Shown: positions 27,477 to 37,720, numbered from the stretch's first letter. The stretch is DNA of 60,209 nt from Alistipes sp. (GCA_017628735.1 JAGBYO010000136.1:1-60209); one strand, 5' to 3'. Numbers and translations are program-made. The notes: generated by a model from the sequence alone, not told the origin.

Positions 27477-28070
27477 ATGGCAGAGAAAAAGTTTAAGAAG
27501 CGTGGTTCTACCGCTTCGTTAGTAGCGATGCTCCTTATATTGATAGCCTTGGTTGTGGCTATCATTATGTGGCCTACCGAGGCATCGGCAGAGGCAAACC
27601 GTGCCAATGTCATTCAGGACGACATCGCCCAGACAACACTTATCAACGAGGGCGACAAGGCTCCCGACTTTACCGTAGAGATGCTCGATGGCAGCAAGAT
27701 TAAGCTATCGTCGCTCCGTGGCAAGGTTGTGCTTATCAACTTCTGGGCTACTTGGTGTCCTCCCTGTCGTCAGGAGATGGCACACCTCCAGAAGGGCGTT
27801 ATCGACCACTTCGCAGGCAAGGACCTCGTTGTTTTGCCTATCTCGCGTGGCGAGGAGCGTGCTACGGTTGAGGCATTCCTAGATAAGATGGGCTACACCT
27901 TCCCCGTAGGTCTCGACAAGAGTCAGGCTATCTACCGCCAGTATGCCTCGAACTATATCCCCCGCTCGGTGGTTGTAGGCAAGGACGGCAAGGTGGTATA
28001 TGTTGCCGTGGGCTACGACGAGGAGATTGCCAAGGAGGTGAATGCCGCTATCGAGAAGGCGCTGAAATAA
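27477..28070 (+). CDS. TlpA/ResA-family thiol-disulfide oxidoreductase
   Basis: N-terminal TM, APDFT, NFWATWCPPC, IP cis-Pro motif. Confidence 0.9.
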   Translation: MAEKKFKKRGSTASLVAMLLILIALVVAIIMWPTEASAEANRANVIQDDIAQTTLINEGDKAPDFTVEMLDGSKIKLSSLRGKVVLINFWATWCPPCRQEMAHLQKGVIDHFAGKDLVVLPISRGEERATVEAFLDKMGYTFPVGLDKSQAIYRQYASNYIPRSVVVGKDGKVVYVAVGYDEEIAKEVNAAIEKALK

Positions 28071-28097
28071 TTAGATAATTATATAAACGAAGAAACT

Positions 28098-28655
28098 ATG
28101 GATACTAAGAGTATTTTGAATGAAACAACCGATCGTATGCAGCGTGCTGTCGATCATCTTGTTGAGGAGTTGTTGAACATCCGTGCTGGCAAGGCTTCGG
28201 TGAATGTTCTCAACGGCGTTTTCGTTGACTACTACGGCTCACAGACCCCTGTGTCGGGCGTAGCGAGTGTAACGGTGCCCGATGCTAAGACCATACTTAT
28301 CCAGCCTTGGGATAAGAATATGATTCGTCCTATCGAGAAGGCTATTATCGACTCTAACATCGGCCTTACCCCCTCGAACAATGGCGAGCATATTCGTCTG
28401 TCGATACCCCCTCTTACCGAGGATCGCCGTAAGGAGATCGTAAAGAAGGTAAAGGCAGAGGGCGAGACTGCACGCATCAGCCTCCGCAACGCACGCCGTG
28501 ATGCTGTTGAGGCCTTCAAGAAGGCTCAGAAAGATGGTATGTCTGAGGACGAGCAGAAGGATGGCGAGGCACAGGTACAGAAGCTCTTGGAGAAGTACAC
28601 CAAGCTGATGGATGTTGAGTTGGAGAAGAAGGAGAAAGAGGTAATGACCGTGTAA
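28098..28655 (+). CDS. frr: Ribosome recycling factor
   Basis: IRAGKA, VDYYG, PPLTEDRR, RNARRD; pyrH-linked. Confidence 0.97.
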   Translation: MDTKSILNETTDRMQRAVDHLVEELLNIRAGKASVNVLNGVFVDYYGSQTPVSGVASVTVPDAKTILIQPWDKNMIRPIEKAIIDSNIGLTPSNNGEHIRLSIPPLTEDRRKEIVKKVKAEGETARISLRNARRDAVEAFKKAQKDGMSEDEQKDGEAQVQKLLEKYTKLMDVELEKKEKEVMTV

Positions 28656-28781
28656 TTTCTTGTGAAAAGCCGCAATCTGCGGCTCATCCTAAAGTTAACC
28701 ACCGAGGGCTGTACTTTTGTACTATCCCCCGGTGGTTCCTTTTTACGATGAGCCACATCTCACGACTTCTGACAAGAAATT
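28654..28781 (+). repeat. Palindromic element family B, diverged copy 3 (128 bp)
   Basis: Same termini and flank (GAGTGCTGGTTGGGAG), different interior stems, apical GTAC-TTTT-GTAC; overlaps frr TAA. Confidence 0.8.
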
Positions 28782-28926
28782 GGGGAGTGCTGGTTGGGAG
28801 ATGGGGTTATTTGACCAGAGAGACCAGAGAGAGGTCGGGTATCACATAATACCTTTGTCCGCATCGTCTCTTCGGTCTCTTCGGTCATTTCTCTCTCTTT
28901 GCTCTTTGAACTTTGCTCTTTCCTCT

Positions 28927-29607
28927 CTATCTTACCACCAACTTATACCCTACGCCTCGTATCGAGATAATCTCGACGCCATTGTCCTCGGCGAGGTAGC
29001 CCCTCAACTTCGAGATAAAGACATTCATCGAGCGCAGATTGTAGTAGCTGTCATCGCCCCAGATATCCATCAGCATACGGTGCGAGCTGACAACACTACC
29101 CATCTCCGCTGCGAGAGCAGCAAGTATGGCACTCTCGCGTGTCGAGAGGTGGGTTAATTTATCGTTGTGCGTAAGGGTCTGCTCCGTGGGCGAGAAGCGA
29201 TAATTGCCTATATTATACTCCGTTACGCTCTCCGCATCCTCAACACGCGCGAGGAGTGCCTCGACACGCGCCATAAGCTCGTTGAGGGCAAAGGGCTTAC
29301 GCAGATAGTCATTACCACCCGCACGGAAGCCCTCGACAACATCGTCGGCACCACTGCGTGCCGAGAGGAACAAAAACTGCGTAGCACCTCCCGAACGGCG
29401 CATCGAGCGCACCATCTCAAGACCATCCAAGCGGGGCATCATAATATCGGCAATAACAAGGTGGGGTTGCTCGCTCTCAAAGAGGCGCAAGCCCTCCTCG
29501 CCATCCGTTGCCACCGCAACACTATATCCTGCACGCTCCACAGCATCGGCGACAATACGGCGCAACACCGCCTCATCCTCAACAATGAGCACTCTTTTAC
29601 TTGCCAT
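28927..29607 (-). CDS. OmpR-family response regulator
   Basis: IVEDE, ADIMMP, DYLRKPF, winged helix VFISKLR, IRGVGY. Confidence 0.93.
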   Translation of the reverse strand: MASKRVLIVEDEAVLRRIVADAVERAGYSVAVATDGEEGLRLFESEQPHLVIADIMMPRLDGLEMVRSMRRSGGATQFLFLSARSGADDVVEGFRAGGNDYLRKPFALNELMARVEALLARVEDAESVTEYNIGNYRFSPTEQTLTHNDKLTHLSTRESAILAALAAEMGSVVSSHRMLMDIWGDDSYYNLRSMNVFISKLRGYLAEDNGVEIISIRGVGYKLVVR

Positions 29608-30808
29608 AGCTGGGTAGTTTAATGGTTAGTCGTGAGCCCTTGGGCGACGATGATACTACGACCTTGCCACCGTGGCGCTCAACAATCATCTTAACATAGT
29701 ATAGACCAAGTCCGTAGCCGCGTGTAGTGTGGCGATTGCCCTCACCTATGCGGTAGAACTTCTCGAATATGCGCCTCTGCTCACGGCGGGCTATGCCTCT
29801 GCCATTATCCACCACCGTGATAGCCACCATATCGCGCTTGCTGCTCGCCTCGATAGCCACACGCGGAGGCTCACCGCCATACTTTATGGCATTGTCGGCA
29901 AGTGCACTCAGTGCCGATAGCAGGTGGAAGCGGTCGGCAACGACAACCACATCTTCGCCTACGCCCAACGACCACTCTACGCCCCTATCGTTATACTTCA
30001 TATCGAGCGTATGCCTTACCTCCTCGGCGATATCCCTCACTTGGCACTCCTCACGCCGAAGCTCCACATTGCGGAACTCCTCGGTCGATGTTCTTAACAC
30101 CTCCTCGACCATCGTATCGAGGCGTTTAAGCTCGCCGAGGGTCATCTGCAAGTAGTCTGTTCGGCTTGCGTTATCCTCCGCCAAGTCGGGCATCTGGAGC
30201 AGGGCATCCGTTGCGGCGTATGCGGCAGCGATAGGCGTCTTTAGCTCGTGGGTGATATTGTGTGTAAGGTCTCTGCGTATGCGGTCGATGCTCTTGGCAC
30301 GAAAGAGTGTGCGGAGCATATAGAGGAATGCCACGATAAGCACCACGATAGACAAAACCTGCAATATCAGCATCGAGCGCATCGAGCGCATAATGCCTGT
30401 ATGGGGGTCATCTACCGTAAGGCGCATAATGATGGGTGCTATGCATTGCTCAACCACCATACGCTCCTCGCCAAGGCTATCGCCACCCATCGACATAAGG
30501 AGTATCGGCTCGGCATCGGTTGTCGATAGCACCTCGACCATAAAGTGTGTCGAGATACCCGCCGAGCGTAGCTCATCGCTAACGAAGGTATGGAAGCGGT
30601 CGATAGGGCCGATGCTGAAACCTTGGCTTAGCCTGCGCCCCTCGGTATATTGCCATATCGCCTCATCGAGGATGCTCTCTATCTGGTGGCGGTAGTTGGC
30701 CTTAAGGTCGCGATAGTTGCCCACAGCCCACATCGCCTCGACCGATGCAAGAAGCACCAGTGCAACGACAACGACCACGACAACAAATGTAAAGCGACTC
30801 TGTTTCAT
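29597..30808 (-). CDS. Sensor histidine kinase
   Basis: Two TMs, HELKTP, DNAIKY, DNGRGI, GYGLGL. Confidence 0.93.
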   Translation of the reverse strand: MKQSRFTFVVVVVVVALVLLASVEAMWAVGNYRDLKANYRHQIESILDEAIWQYTEGRRLSQGFSIGPIDRFHTFVSDELRSAGISTHFMVEVLSTTDAEPILLMSMGGDSLGEERMVVEQCIAPIIMRLTVDDPHTGIMRSMRSMLILQVLSIVVLIVAFLYMLRTLFRAKSIDRIRRDLTHNITHELKTPIAAAYAATDALLQMPDLAEDNASRTDYLQMTLGELKRLDTMVEEVLRTSTEEFRNVELRREECQVRDIAEEVRHTLDMKYNDRGVEWSLGVGEDVVVVADRFHLLSALSALADNAIKYGGEPPRVAIEASSKRDMVAITVVDNGRGIARREQRRIFEKFYRIGEGNRHTTRGYGLGLYYVKMIVERHGGKVVVSSSPKGSRLTIKLPSYGK

Positions 30809-30858
30809 ACCACAAAGTTATAAAAATATATATAGGTCGCACCACGACAGCAGCCAAT

Positions 30859-30896
30859 TTAACACTTTTTAACAAAAGCCTTAACATTGTTTAACA
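30859..30896 (+). promoter_or_regulatory. Four direct TTAACA boxes, candidate OmpR-type operator
   Basis: TTAACA at 30859, 30869, 30881, 30891 directly upstream of a -33 element. Confidence 0.65.
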
Positions 30897-30903
30897 CAAA
30901 AAA

Positions 30904-30935
30904 TTTGGGTTTCGGCCGTGGCCACCCTACCTTTG
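30904..30935 (+). promoter_or_regulatory. Bacteroidetes promoter for the TonB-C pair
   Basis: TTTG (30904-30907), 20-nt spacer, TACCTTTG (30928-30935). Confidence 0.75.
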
Positions 30936-30979
30936 CAATACGAAAAAGCTCGAGCAATAAAAATTAAAACTTCAACACT

Positions 30980-31630
30980 ATGAAACAGTTTATTATTACA
31001 AGCCTACTTTTGTTTGCAACAATCGCGGTGTCTGCCGCCGAGCAGGAGCCGTTGTATGTGGTAAACAACCGCGTGGTATCGAAAGAGGCGTTAAACAAGA
31101 TTAACCCCAACGACATCGAGTCGATGATGGTGCTTAAAGATGACAGTGCACAGCAGTATGTCGAGTTGGGCGACACATCGAATGGCGTGATTATCATCAC
31201 TCTTCGTGAAGAGGGCGAGGCGAAGGAGCGATTGTCAGCCGAGGTGATGCCCGAGTTTATGGGGGGCGATGTAGAGACCTTCCGTCGCTGGCTAATGCAG
31301 AATATACGCTACCCACAGGAGGCATTAGAGCAGGGCAAGGAGGGCACCGTAATCGTTAAGTTCACTGTGGGTGCCGATGGCTACATCAACCAAAACCGTC
31401 TTAACTTCTTTGACAAGTGTGGTGCGGTGCTCCACGACGAGGTTATCCGTGTGCTTGCCAAGTCGCCACAGTGGACACCCGCAAGAGAGGATGGCGAGGC
31501 AGTTGCCGTAACATTCTCCGTGCCTATTGTCTTTGCAATTCCCAAGGAAAACAAAATACAAGAGAGCGATGCTAAGCTCGAAGTCGAGAAGTCGATAGAG
31601 AATATTGTCGTAGTCGGCTTTGATAAATAA
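30980..31630 (+). CDS. Secreted plug-motif plus TonB C-terminal domain protein
   Basis: Signal peptide; PLYVVN...IESM...NGVIII; MPEFMGG, IRYP.EA, G.V.V.F.V, WTPA..G. Confidence 0.8.
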   Translation: MKQFIITSLLLFATIAVSAAEQEPLYVVNNRVVSKEALNKINPNDIESMMVLKDDSAQQYVELGDTSNGVIIITLREEGEAKERLSAEVMPEFMGGDVETFRRWLMQNIRYPQEALEQGKEGTVIVKFTVGADGYINQNRLNFFDKCGAVLHDEVIRVLAKSPQWTPAREDGEAVAVTFSVPIVFAIPKENKIQESDAKLEVEKSIENIVVVGFDK

Positions 31631-31664
31631 AGATTATTCGTAAAACCTTAAAACTCAAAAGATT

Positions 31665-32228
31665 ATGAAACGATATATTATTGCGTTGGTAGCACTCTTC
31701 GCTGCCACTATCGCTACCGCACAGCAGCCTCTATATGTTATTGATGGTCGCAAAGCTACGGCTGAGGAGATCGAGAAGATTATCTCTACAAACATCGAGT
31801 CGATGACCGTGATTAACGATGAGGAGGCAAAGGCAGCCTATGCGCATATGGGCAACACCGAAAATGGTGTGGTGCTTATCTACACACACAAGGAGAGTGA
31901 TACCGATGAGGTTTGGCTCGCGGCAGATGTGATGCCCAAGTTTATGGGTGGCGACGCCGCATCGTTCCAGCGCTGGGTGATGCAGAATATAAAGTACCCC
32001 GCCGAGGCTATCGAAAAGGGTATTGAGGGTCAGGTGAATGTGCGCTTCATCGTTGGCAAAGATGGCAAGGTCGATACCAATCGACTAATGTTCCTCGACC
32101 AGTGCGACAATATCTTGCATCAGGAGGTTATCCGTGTGCTCGACAAGGCACCCGCGTGGACACCTGCTGTGCAGAAGGGAGAGATTGTCGAAGTTCAGTT
32201 GATGATACCTGTGGTGTTTGCGTTGTAG
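31665..32228 (+). CDS. Secreted plug-motif plus TonB C-terminal domain protein (tandem paralog)
   Basis: Same architecture and visible similarity to 30980-31630. Confidence 0.8.
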   Translation: MKRYIIALVALFAATIATAQQPLYVIDGRKATAEEIEKIISTNIESMTVINDEEAKAAYAHMGNTENGVVLIYTHKESDTDEVWLAADVMPKFMGGDAASFQRWVMQNIKYPAEAIEKGIEGQVNVRFIVGKDGKVDTNRLMFLDQCDNILHQEVIRVLDKAPAWTPAVQKGEIVEVQLMIPVVFAL

Positions 32229-32247
32229 GCAACTCGATAATCTTTGG

Positions 32248-32587
32248 AGCCGACCATTGCGGTCGGCTTTTTTTAGTTGTTAGTTATTAGTTGTTAGATA
32301 AGACCTTAGGACTTTAAGGCCATTAGGATTTTTCTCCTATCGTCTTAAAAACTCTCTCTCAGTGGTCTCTCGATAATGGGTTAAAATGAGTTACGATATT
32401 TTTCAGAGGTTTTTTTAACAACTCTCTTTACTGTAATCACAACATCGGAGCTTTAGCTCGCAGGCGTTCCGCCTGCCACAAGCCCCTCCATTGTCAAGGG
32501 CAGGGGTTTGGGGTGGGATGTAAATATAATTCCCCTTTTTGTATGATTTGCTAATTTTAACAACTAAAAACCAATAACTAACAACTA
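32248..32587. repeat. Terminator plus heptamer-armed repeat module
   Basis: AGCCGACC/GGTCGGCT stem, (TAGTTRT)n left arm, inverted arm 32558-32587, inner GC hairpins. Confidence 0.65.
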
Positions 32588-32633
32588 TTTTAATCTTTTT
32601 TCTTATCTTTGTGCCTATAAACTTTTCCCTATT

Positions 32634-33560
32634 ATGAATGCTATTCTTTCTGTCGAGAATGTATCGAAGAGCTATACTGGTCACAAGGCGCTCGACGATG
32701 TCTCGATTGAGGTGCCGAGAGGTGCCGTCTATGGCTTGTTGGGCCCCAATGGTGCTGGCAAGACCACCCTTATCCGTGTAATCAACCGACTCACCATCGC
32801 CGACTCGGGTCGTGTGTTGCTCGATGGCAAGACGATGAGTGCCGACGATATCTTCCATATAGGCTATATGCCCGAGGAGCGCGGTCTTTACAAGAAGATG
32901 CGCGTGGGTGAGCAGGCTATATTCTTTGCCCGCCTTAAGGGCCTTGATAAGCGTGAGGCAGAACACCGCCTACACACCTGGTTTGAGCGCTTGGGCTTGA
33001 AGGATTGGTGGAACCGTGCTGTCGAGGATTTGTCAAAGGGTATGGCGCAAAAGGTGCAGTTTATATCTACCGTGGTACACGAGCCCAAGCTCCTAATCTT
33101 CGATGAGCCATTCTCGGGCTTCGACCCCATCAATGCCAATATCCTCAAGGAGGAGATTCTTGGTCTTCGTGACCGTGGTGCTACCATCATCTTCTCGACA
33201 CACAATATGGCATCGGTAGAGGAGATTTGCGACCATATTACCCTTATCAACAAGTCGCGCAACATCCTCTCGGGCTCGGTAGATGAGATACGCCGTGCGG
33301 CAGGTGGCAACACCTTCGAGATTATGCACCGTGCCGACGATGTTACCTTCCGTAGCGCTATCGAGGGCATCGCCGAAGTTTTGGGTGAGAGCCGTGGCGT
33401 GGTGGGTGGCTACACCGCAACAAAGATACATATCGCCCGCAACGAGGATGTCCACGATGTCATTGCACATCTGAACGACCGTTGCCAGCTACGCTCGATG
33501 CAGGAGATTATGCCCTCGATGAACGATATCTTTATCCGTGCCGTGAATGGTACCCTCTAA
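32634..33560 (+). CDS. ABC transporter ATP-binding protein (NatA/YhaQ-like)
   Basis: GPNGAGKT, LSKGMAQK, IFDEPFSG, STH. Confidence 0.92.
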   Translation: MNAILSVENVSKSYTGHKALDDVSIEVPRGAVYGLLGPNGAGKTTLIRVINRLTIADSGRVLLDGKTMSADDIFHIGYMPEERGLYKKMRVGEQAIFFARLKGLDKREAEHRLHTWFERLGLKDWWNRAVEDLSKGMAQKVQFISTVVHEPKLLIFDEPFSGFDPINANILKEEILGLRDRGATIIFSTHNMASVEEICDHITLINKSRNILSGSVDEIRRAAGGNTFEIMHRADDVTFRSAIEGIAEVLGESRGVVGGYTATKIHIARNEDVHDVIAHLNDRCQLRSMQEIMPSMNDIFIRAVNGTL

Positions 33561-33572
33561 AACAGCAGGACT

Positions 33573-34856
33573 ATGAAAAAGATGTTTTTGATTATATCAC
33601 GCGAATACTCGGAGCGTGCCCGCAAGAAGTCGTTTATCATCACGACACTCCTCACGCCTATACTTATGATAGGCATTATGATTGCCCCCTCGTTGATGAT
33701 GCTCTACAACACCAGCGACCAGAAGCAGATTGTCGTTGTCGACCGCTCGGGCCTGGTTGCCGATAAGTTGCAGTCGTCAGACGAGCTACTCTTTATGCCC
33801 CACGACAATATCTCGAAGGCTGAGGCGTGCAAAATTTACAACGAGGAGAGTGGTATCTTCGCCATATTATATATAGGTAGCGAGGTTGAGAGCCGCGACT
33901 CTGTGCAGCTTATCACCAACGCCTCGTCGTCGATGATGCTCGAGAGCAACATCACCTCGCAGCTCAACGAGATCGTCGAGCAGGAGAAGTTACGCAAGCT
34001 CAATATCGACAACCTCGACGAGATTTTGGCACAGGTAGAGACAAACATCGCCCTCAGCACCTACATTAACGACGGTACTGGCGAGGAGGATAGTATGGAG
34101 TCTACATCGTCGGATATCAGCTATATCCTCAGCCTTGTGCTCGGTATGATGCTCTATATGATTATCATCCTCTATGGCTCGATGGTGCTCACCTCGGTTG
34201 TTGAGGAGAAGTCGAGCCGTGTGCTGGATGTCATCGTCACAAGCTGCACCCCCTTCCAGATTATGATGGGTAAGATTATGGGTATCGCCCTTGTTGCCCT
34301 CACGCAGATTGCCATCTGGGCAGCCTTGGTCATCGCTGCATCGAAGTTCTTGGTGCCCGCCATCCTCTCGGAGGATGTCGCTGCAACCAACGATATGATG
34401 ATGCAGGCTATGATGGGCACTATCGGCAATACAGCATATATCGCATCGCTGTTCGCCTATATGCTCCTCTTTATCCTCGGTGGCTTCTTGCTCTATGCAT
34501 CGTTGTATGCTGCCGCAGGCTCGGCTGTCGACTCGGTGCAGGATGGTCAGCAGTACAACACCATCATTATGATTCCCATCATCCTCTCGATTATCGTGAT
34601 GATGTCGGTATTTAACGACCCCAACTCGCCCATCGCGTTCTGGTTCTCGATGATACCCTTCACCTCGCCTATCGTGATGATTGCCCGCATACCTTTTGGC
34701 ATAGCGGCGTGGGAGATATGGCTCTCTATCGGCATCCTCTATGCCACCTTTATCTTCACCACCTGGCTTGCTGCGAAGATCTACCGTATCGGCATCTTTA
34801 TGCACGGCAAGAAGCCCTCGTGGAAGGAGCTCGCCCAGTGGCTCAGAATGAAGTAG
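33573..34856 (+). CDS. ABC-2 type permease (NatB/YhaP-like)
   Basis: EEKSSR, GKIMG, IPFTSP, KIYRIGI; multiple TMs. Confidence 0.9.
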   Translation: MKKMFLIISREYSERARKKSFIITTLLTPILMIGIMIAPSLMMLYNTSDQKQIVVVDRSGLVADKLQSSDELLFMPHDNISKAEACKIYNEESGIFAILYIGSEVESRDSVQLITNASSSMMLESNITSQLNEIVEQEKLRKLNIDNLDEILAQVETNIALSTYINDGTGEEDSMESTSSDISYILSLVLGMMLYMIIILYGSMVLTSVVEEKSSRVLDVIVTSCTPFQIMMGKIMGIALVALTQIAIWAALVIAASKFLVPAILSEDVAATNDMMMQAMMGTIGNTAYIASLFAYMLLFILGGFLLYASLYAAAGSAVDSVQDGQQYNTIIMIPIILSIIVMMSVFNDPNSPIAFWFSMIPFTSPIVMIARIPFGIAAWEIWLSIGILYATFIFTTWLAAKIYRIGIFMHGKKPSWKELAQWLRMK

Positions 34857-34861
34857 GAGAT

Positions 34862-34899
34862 ACAACTAAAAAGACCACCGAGGTGGTCTTTTTAGTTGT
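34862..34899. terminator. Bidirectional terminator
   Basis: 18-bp perfect IR ACAACTAAAAAGACCACC-GA-GGTGGTCTTTTTAGTTGT. Confidence 0.8.
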
Positions 34900-35040
34900 T
34901 AGTTGTTAGAGTGGCGCAGGAGATAAGCGCAATCAAAAGTGAATTTAGGGAGATTAAGGAATTTAGTGAAGTTAGGGATAGCGCTACCATCATTTATCCT
35001 TAAACTCCCTAAAACCCCACCTTCCAATCAGCACTCAGCT

Positions 35041-35167
35041 AATTTCTTGTCAGAAGGGGCATAATTTGGCACCGATAAAGAGAAAGCCCGGATGGGACAT
35101 ACTTGAAGTATTTCCCATTCGGGCTTTGGATTGAGGCGTCGAAGGATGCCCCTTATCACAAGAAATT
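35041..35167 (-). repeat. Palindromic element family B, copy 2
   Basis: Homologous to 4655-4783, with the upstream 7-/9-mer module also shared. Confidence 0.85.
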
Positions 35168-35176
35168 CACAACAAA

Positions 35177-36466
35177 TTACTCGGTGATGATGTCCTTATT
35201 AACATTCTTCGAACCGATGAGGGCGTAGAAGAGGAGGTAGGCAAGACCTGCTGCGATTACCCAGTAGCTAACGAGGTAGTTGCCAGAGAGGTCTACAACT
35301 GCGTTCTGCAAGAGGGGAAGGATACCACCACCGCAAACGAGTGCCATAAAGATACCCGAAGCCTTCTCGGTGTACTTACCCAAGCCCTCAACAGCGAGGT
35401 TGAAGATGCCACCCCACATTACCGATGTGCAGAGACCGCAGAGAACGAGCAATGCTGCGTTGATAGGCACCTGAGCCATACCGAAACCATCGGTACCCTT
35501 GAATACGGGGAGGTTAACCGAGATTGCGGGGTCGAGGAACATAGCGCCAAGCACGAGGCAGAGACCTACGATAGATACAGCGCTCAACATAGCCTTTGCC
35601 GAAACCTTTGCGCCGAGAGCAGCACCTGCCAAACGGCCAAAGAACATAAGCAACCAGTAGGTAGCGGCAACAGTTGCTGCGATACCCTCGGCACCAACCT
35701 CAACATCGAGACCGCCATTCTGCAACCACTTCTGCAATACATTGGGGATACCTACCTCAACACCTACATAGATGAAGATAGCCACAGCGCCCAACACAAA
35801 GTGACGGAACGACATAGGACCGATATTCGACTTTTTCTCCTCGAGGGCTGCGTTGCGCTCCGTCTCGGGGATGTTGGTAAAGAGGATAACCACAAATGCC
35901 AATGCGAAGATTGCCAACGCGATGAACATCAAGGGGAACACCTGCTTAATCTCGGCATCAACGATGCTGGGCACGAATACGCCAGTAAGGAAGATAACCG
36001 CTGTACCCATAAACGAGTTGAACGAGCCACCCACCTGCAAGAGCTGATTACCACGGTTACCACCGCCAGCGAGCTTGTTAAGCATGGGGTTAACCACGAT
36101 GTTAAGCATACACATCGAGAAACCTGCGATAAACGCACCGAGCAGATATACGCCAAATGCTGCGTTGCCGTCCAACAAACCAGCGATAGTCTGCACGCCA
36201 ACACCCGTGAAACCTACGGTCACGGCAGCCAAGGCGGTAAACTTGTAGCCACGCTTCTGGAGGAGGTTACCTGCGGGGATACCCATACAAGCGTAGGCGA
36301 TAAAGTTGGCGAATACGCCGAGCGTACCCATCCAGTTAGCCACATTGAACTGGTTCTTGAGGACATCACCCATAGGCGAAGCCAAGTTGGTTACGAACGA
36401 GATCATTCCGAACAAGAGAATCATCACGATGATGGCCAAAACATTACTGTTTTTCTTCTGTGTCAT
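35177..36466 (-). CDS. MFS sugar transporter (FucP/GluP family)
   Basis: ~12 TMs; VVNP, IYVGVEVG, GRL.G, SVMWGGIFNLA, GGGILP. Confidence 0.88.
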   Translation of the reverse strand: MTQKKNSNVLAIIVMILLFGMISFVTNLASPMGDVLKNQFNVANWMGTLGVFANFIAYACMGIPAGNLLQKRGYKFTALAAVTVGFTGVGVQTIAGLLDGNAAFGVYLLGAFIAGFSMCMLNIVVNPMLNKLAGGGNRGNQLLQVGGSFNSFMGTAVIFLTGVFVPSIVDAEIKQVFPLMFIALAIFALAFVVILFTNIPETERNAALEEKKSNIGPMSFRHFVLGAVAIFIYVGVEVGIPNVLQKWLQNGGLDVEVGAEGIAATVAATYWLLMFFGRLAGAALGAKVSAKAMLSAVSIVGLCLVLGAMFLDPAISVNLPVFKGTDGFGMAQVPINAALLVLCGLCTSVMWGGIFNLAVEGLGKYTEKASGIFMALVCGGGILPLLQNAVVDLSGNYLVSYWVIAAGLAYLLFYALIGSKNVNKDIITE

Positions 36467-36498
36467 AGTCTTATAAAGTTTAGTTATAAAATTCCTTT

Positions 36499-37515
36499 CT
36501 ATCTATCTCTTTCGGCGATAAAGGTGCAGAGGTCGAGCATCGCACGACGGTAAGGCGTGTCGGGATACTTCGATGCGTGGTGCATAGCACGGTGGATATA
36601 GGCGTGCATCGTCTCGGCAGCAAGCTCGGGACCACCACCCTCGACCACAATACTGTGAAGCTCATCCACGGCACTCTCATCCTCCGAGGCTCGCTTCAAA
36701 AGGTCGAGCATCACGCGGCGCTCCTCCTCCGACTTGCGCTCCATAACCTCCAACATCGGGAGCGTTATCTTCTTCTCGCGTAGGTCGTTGTTCGAAGGCT
36801 TGCCTGTGTTGTTATCGCGCTTAAAATCAAGGATATCGTCTTGAATCTGGAATGCCATACCAATGGCCTCGCCAAACTTACGCATACGCTCCACCTCCTC
36901 GCGCTTAGCACCTACCGACAGAGCACCGAGGGCAGCACTTACGCCCAAAAGGCTGGCGGTCTTCTGGTAGATGATTTTGAAGTAGTCATCGCGTGTGGTA
37001 TCCATCGCCTTGGCGTGCTGACTCTGCAACACCTCGCCCTCGCAGAGCGTAGCCATCGCCGAGCCTATATACGAGATAATGTCGTACTGCGCCGATGCCA
37101 TACCCACAGCCATTGTGCGGGCAAGGATATAGTCGCCGAGGATAATTGCGGTGTCGGACTGCCACTTGGCATTCACCGAGGGACGACCACGGCGTTCATC
37201 CGCCTCGTCGAGGACATCATCGTGGATAAGCGATGCGGTATGTATCATCTCGACAAGCATTGCCGCAAGGTAGGTGCGCTTGGTGCAGTGGCGCTCCTCG
37301 CCACATTTGTCCGACGCCTCCTCTGCCGTTGGGCTATGCATCGAGGCGGTGAGGAGCGTAAGGATAGGTCTTACACCCTTGCCACGCGACGATAGGGCAT
37401 ACGAAAGCATCTCGCTAAGGAGTTCGCCTTCTGCCGAGAAGTTGTCGGCAACAAACTTATCGAACGCCTCCAAATCCGAGGCAATAGGTTTTCTAATAAG
37501 GTCGATAGACACCAT
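36499..37515 (-). CDS. Polyprenyl diphosphate synthase (IspB-like)
   Basis: GKGVRP, HDDVLD..RRG, KTA, FQIQDDILD. Confidence 0.92.
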   Translation of the reverse strand: MVSIDLIRKPIASDLEAFDKFVADNFSAEGELLSEMLSYALSSRGKGVRPILTLLTASMHSPTAEEASDKCGEERHCTKRTYLAAMLVEMIHTASLIHDDVLDEADERRGRPSVNAKWQSDTAIILGDYILARTMAVGMASAQYDIISYIGSAMATLCEGEVLQSQHAKAMDTTRDDYFKIIYQKTASLLGVSAALGALSVGAKREEVERMRKFGEAIGMAFQIQDDILDFKRDNNTGKPSNNDLREKKITLPMLEVMERKSEEERRVMLDLLKRASEDESAVDELHSIVVEGGGPELAAETMHAYIHRAMHHASKYPDTPYRRAMLDLCTFIAERDR

Positions 37516-37720
37516 ACTCTCGAAGTAAGTTCAATCTGTTTCTAAGTTTTATATTTTGCAAATATAACTATTTTTTTCTGTAAGCGGGCAACAATCGCAA
37601 AATATTTCACCCAATCACCACCATATCAACCAAAACGATGCCACCATAGATGGGTCAATATCGTGCGATTTTTGTATTTACAATAATTTTTGCTAACTTT
37701 GTGCGCTATATATTCATATA

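Noticed and set aside
28717-29157. 146-aa plus-strand ORF
   Set aside because: Made of repeat DNA plus the antisense of the response regulator
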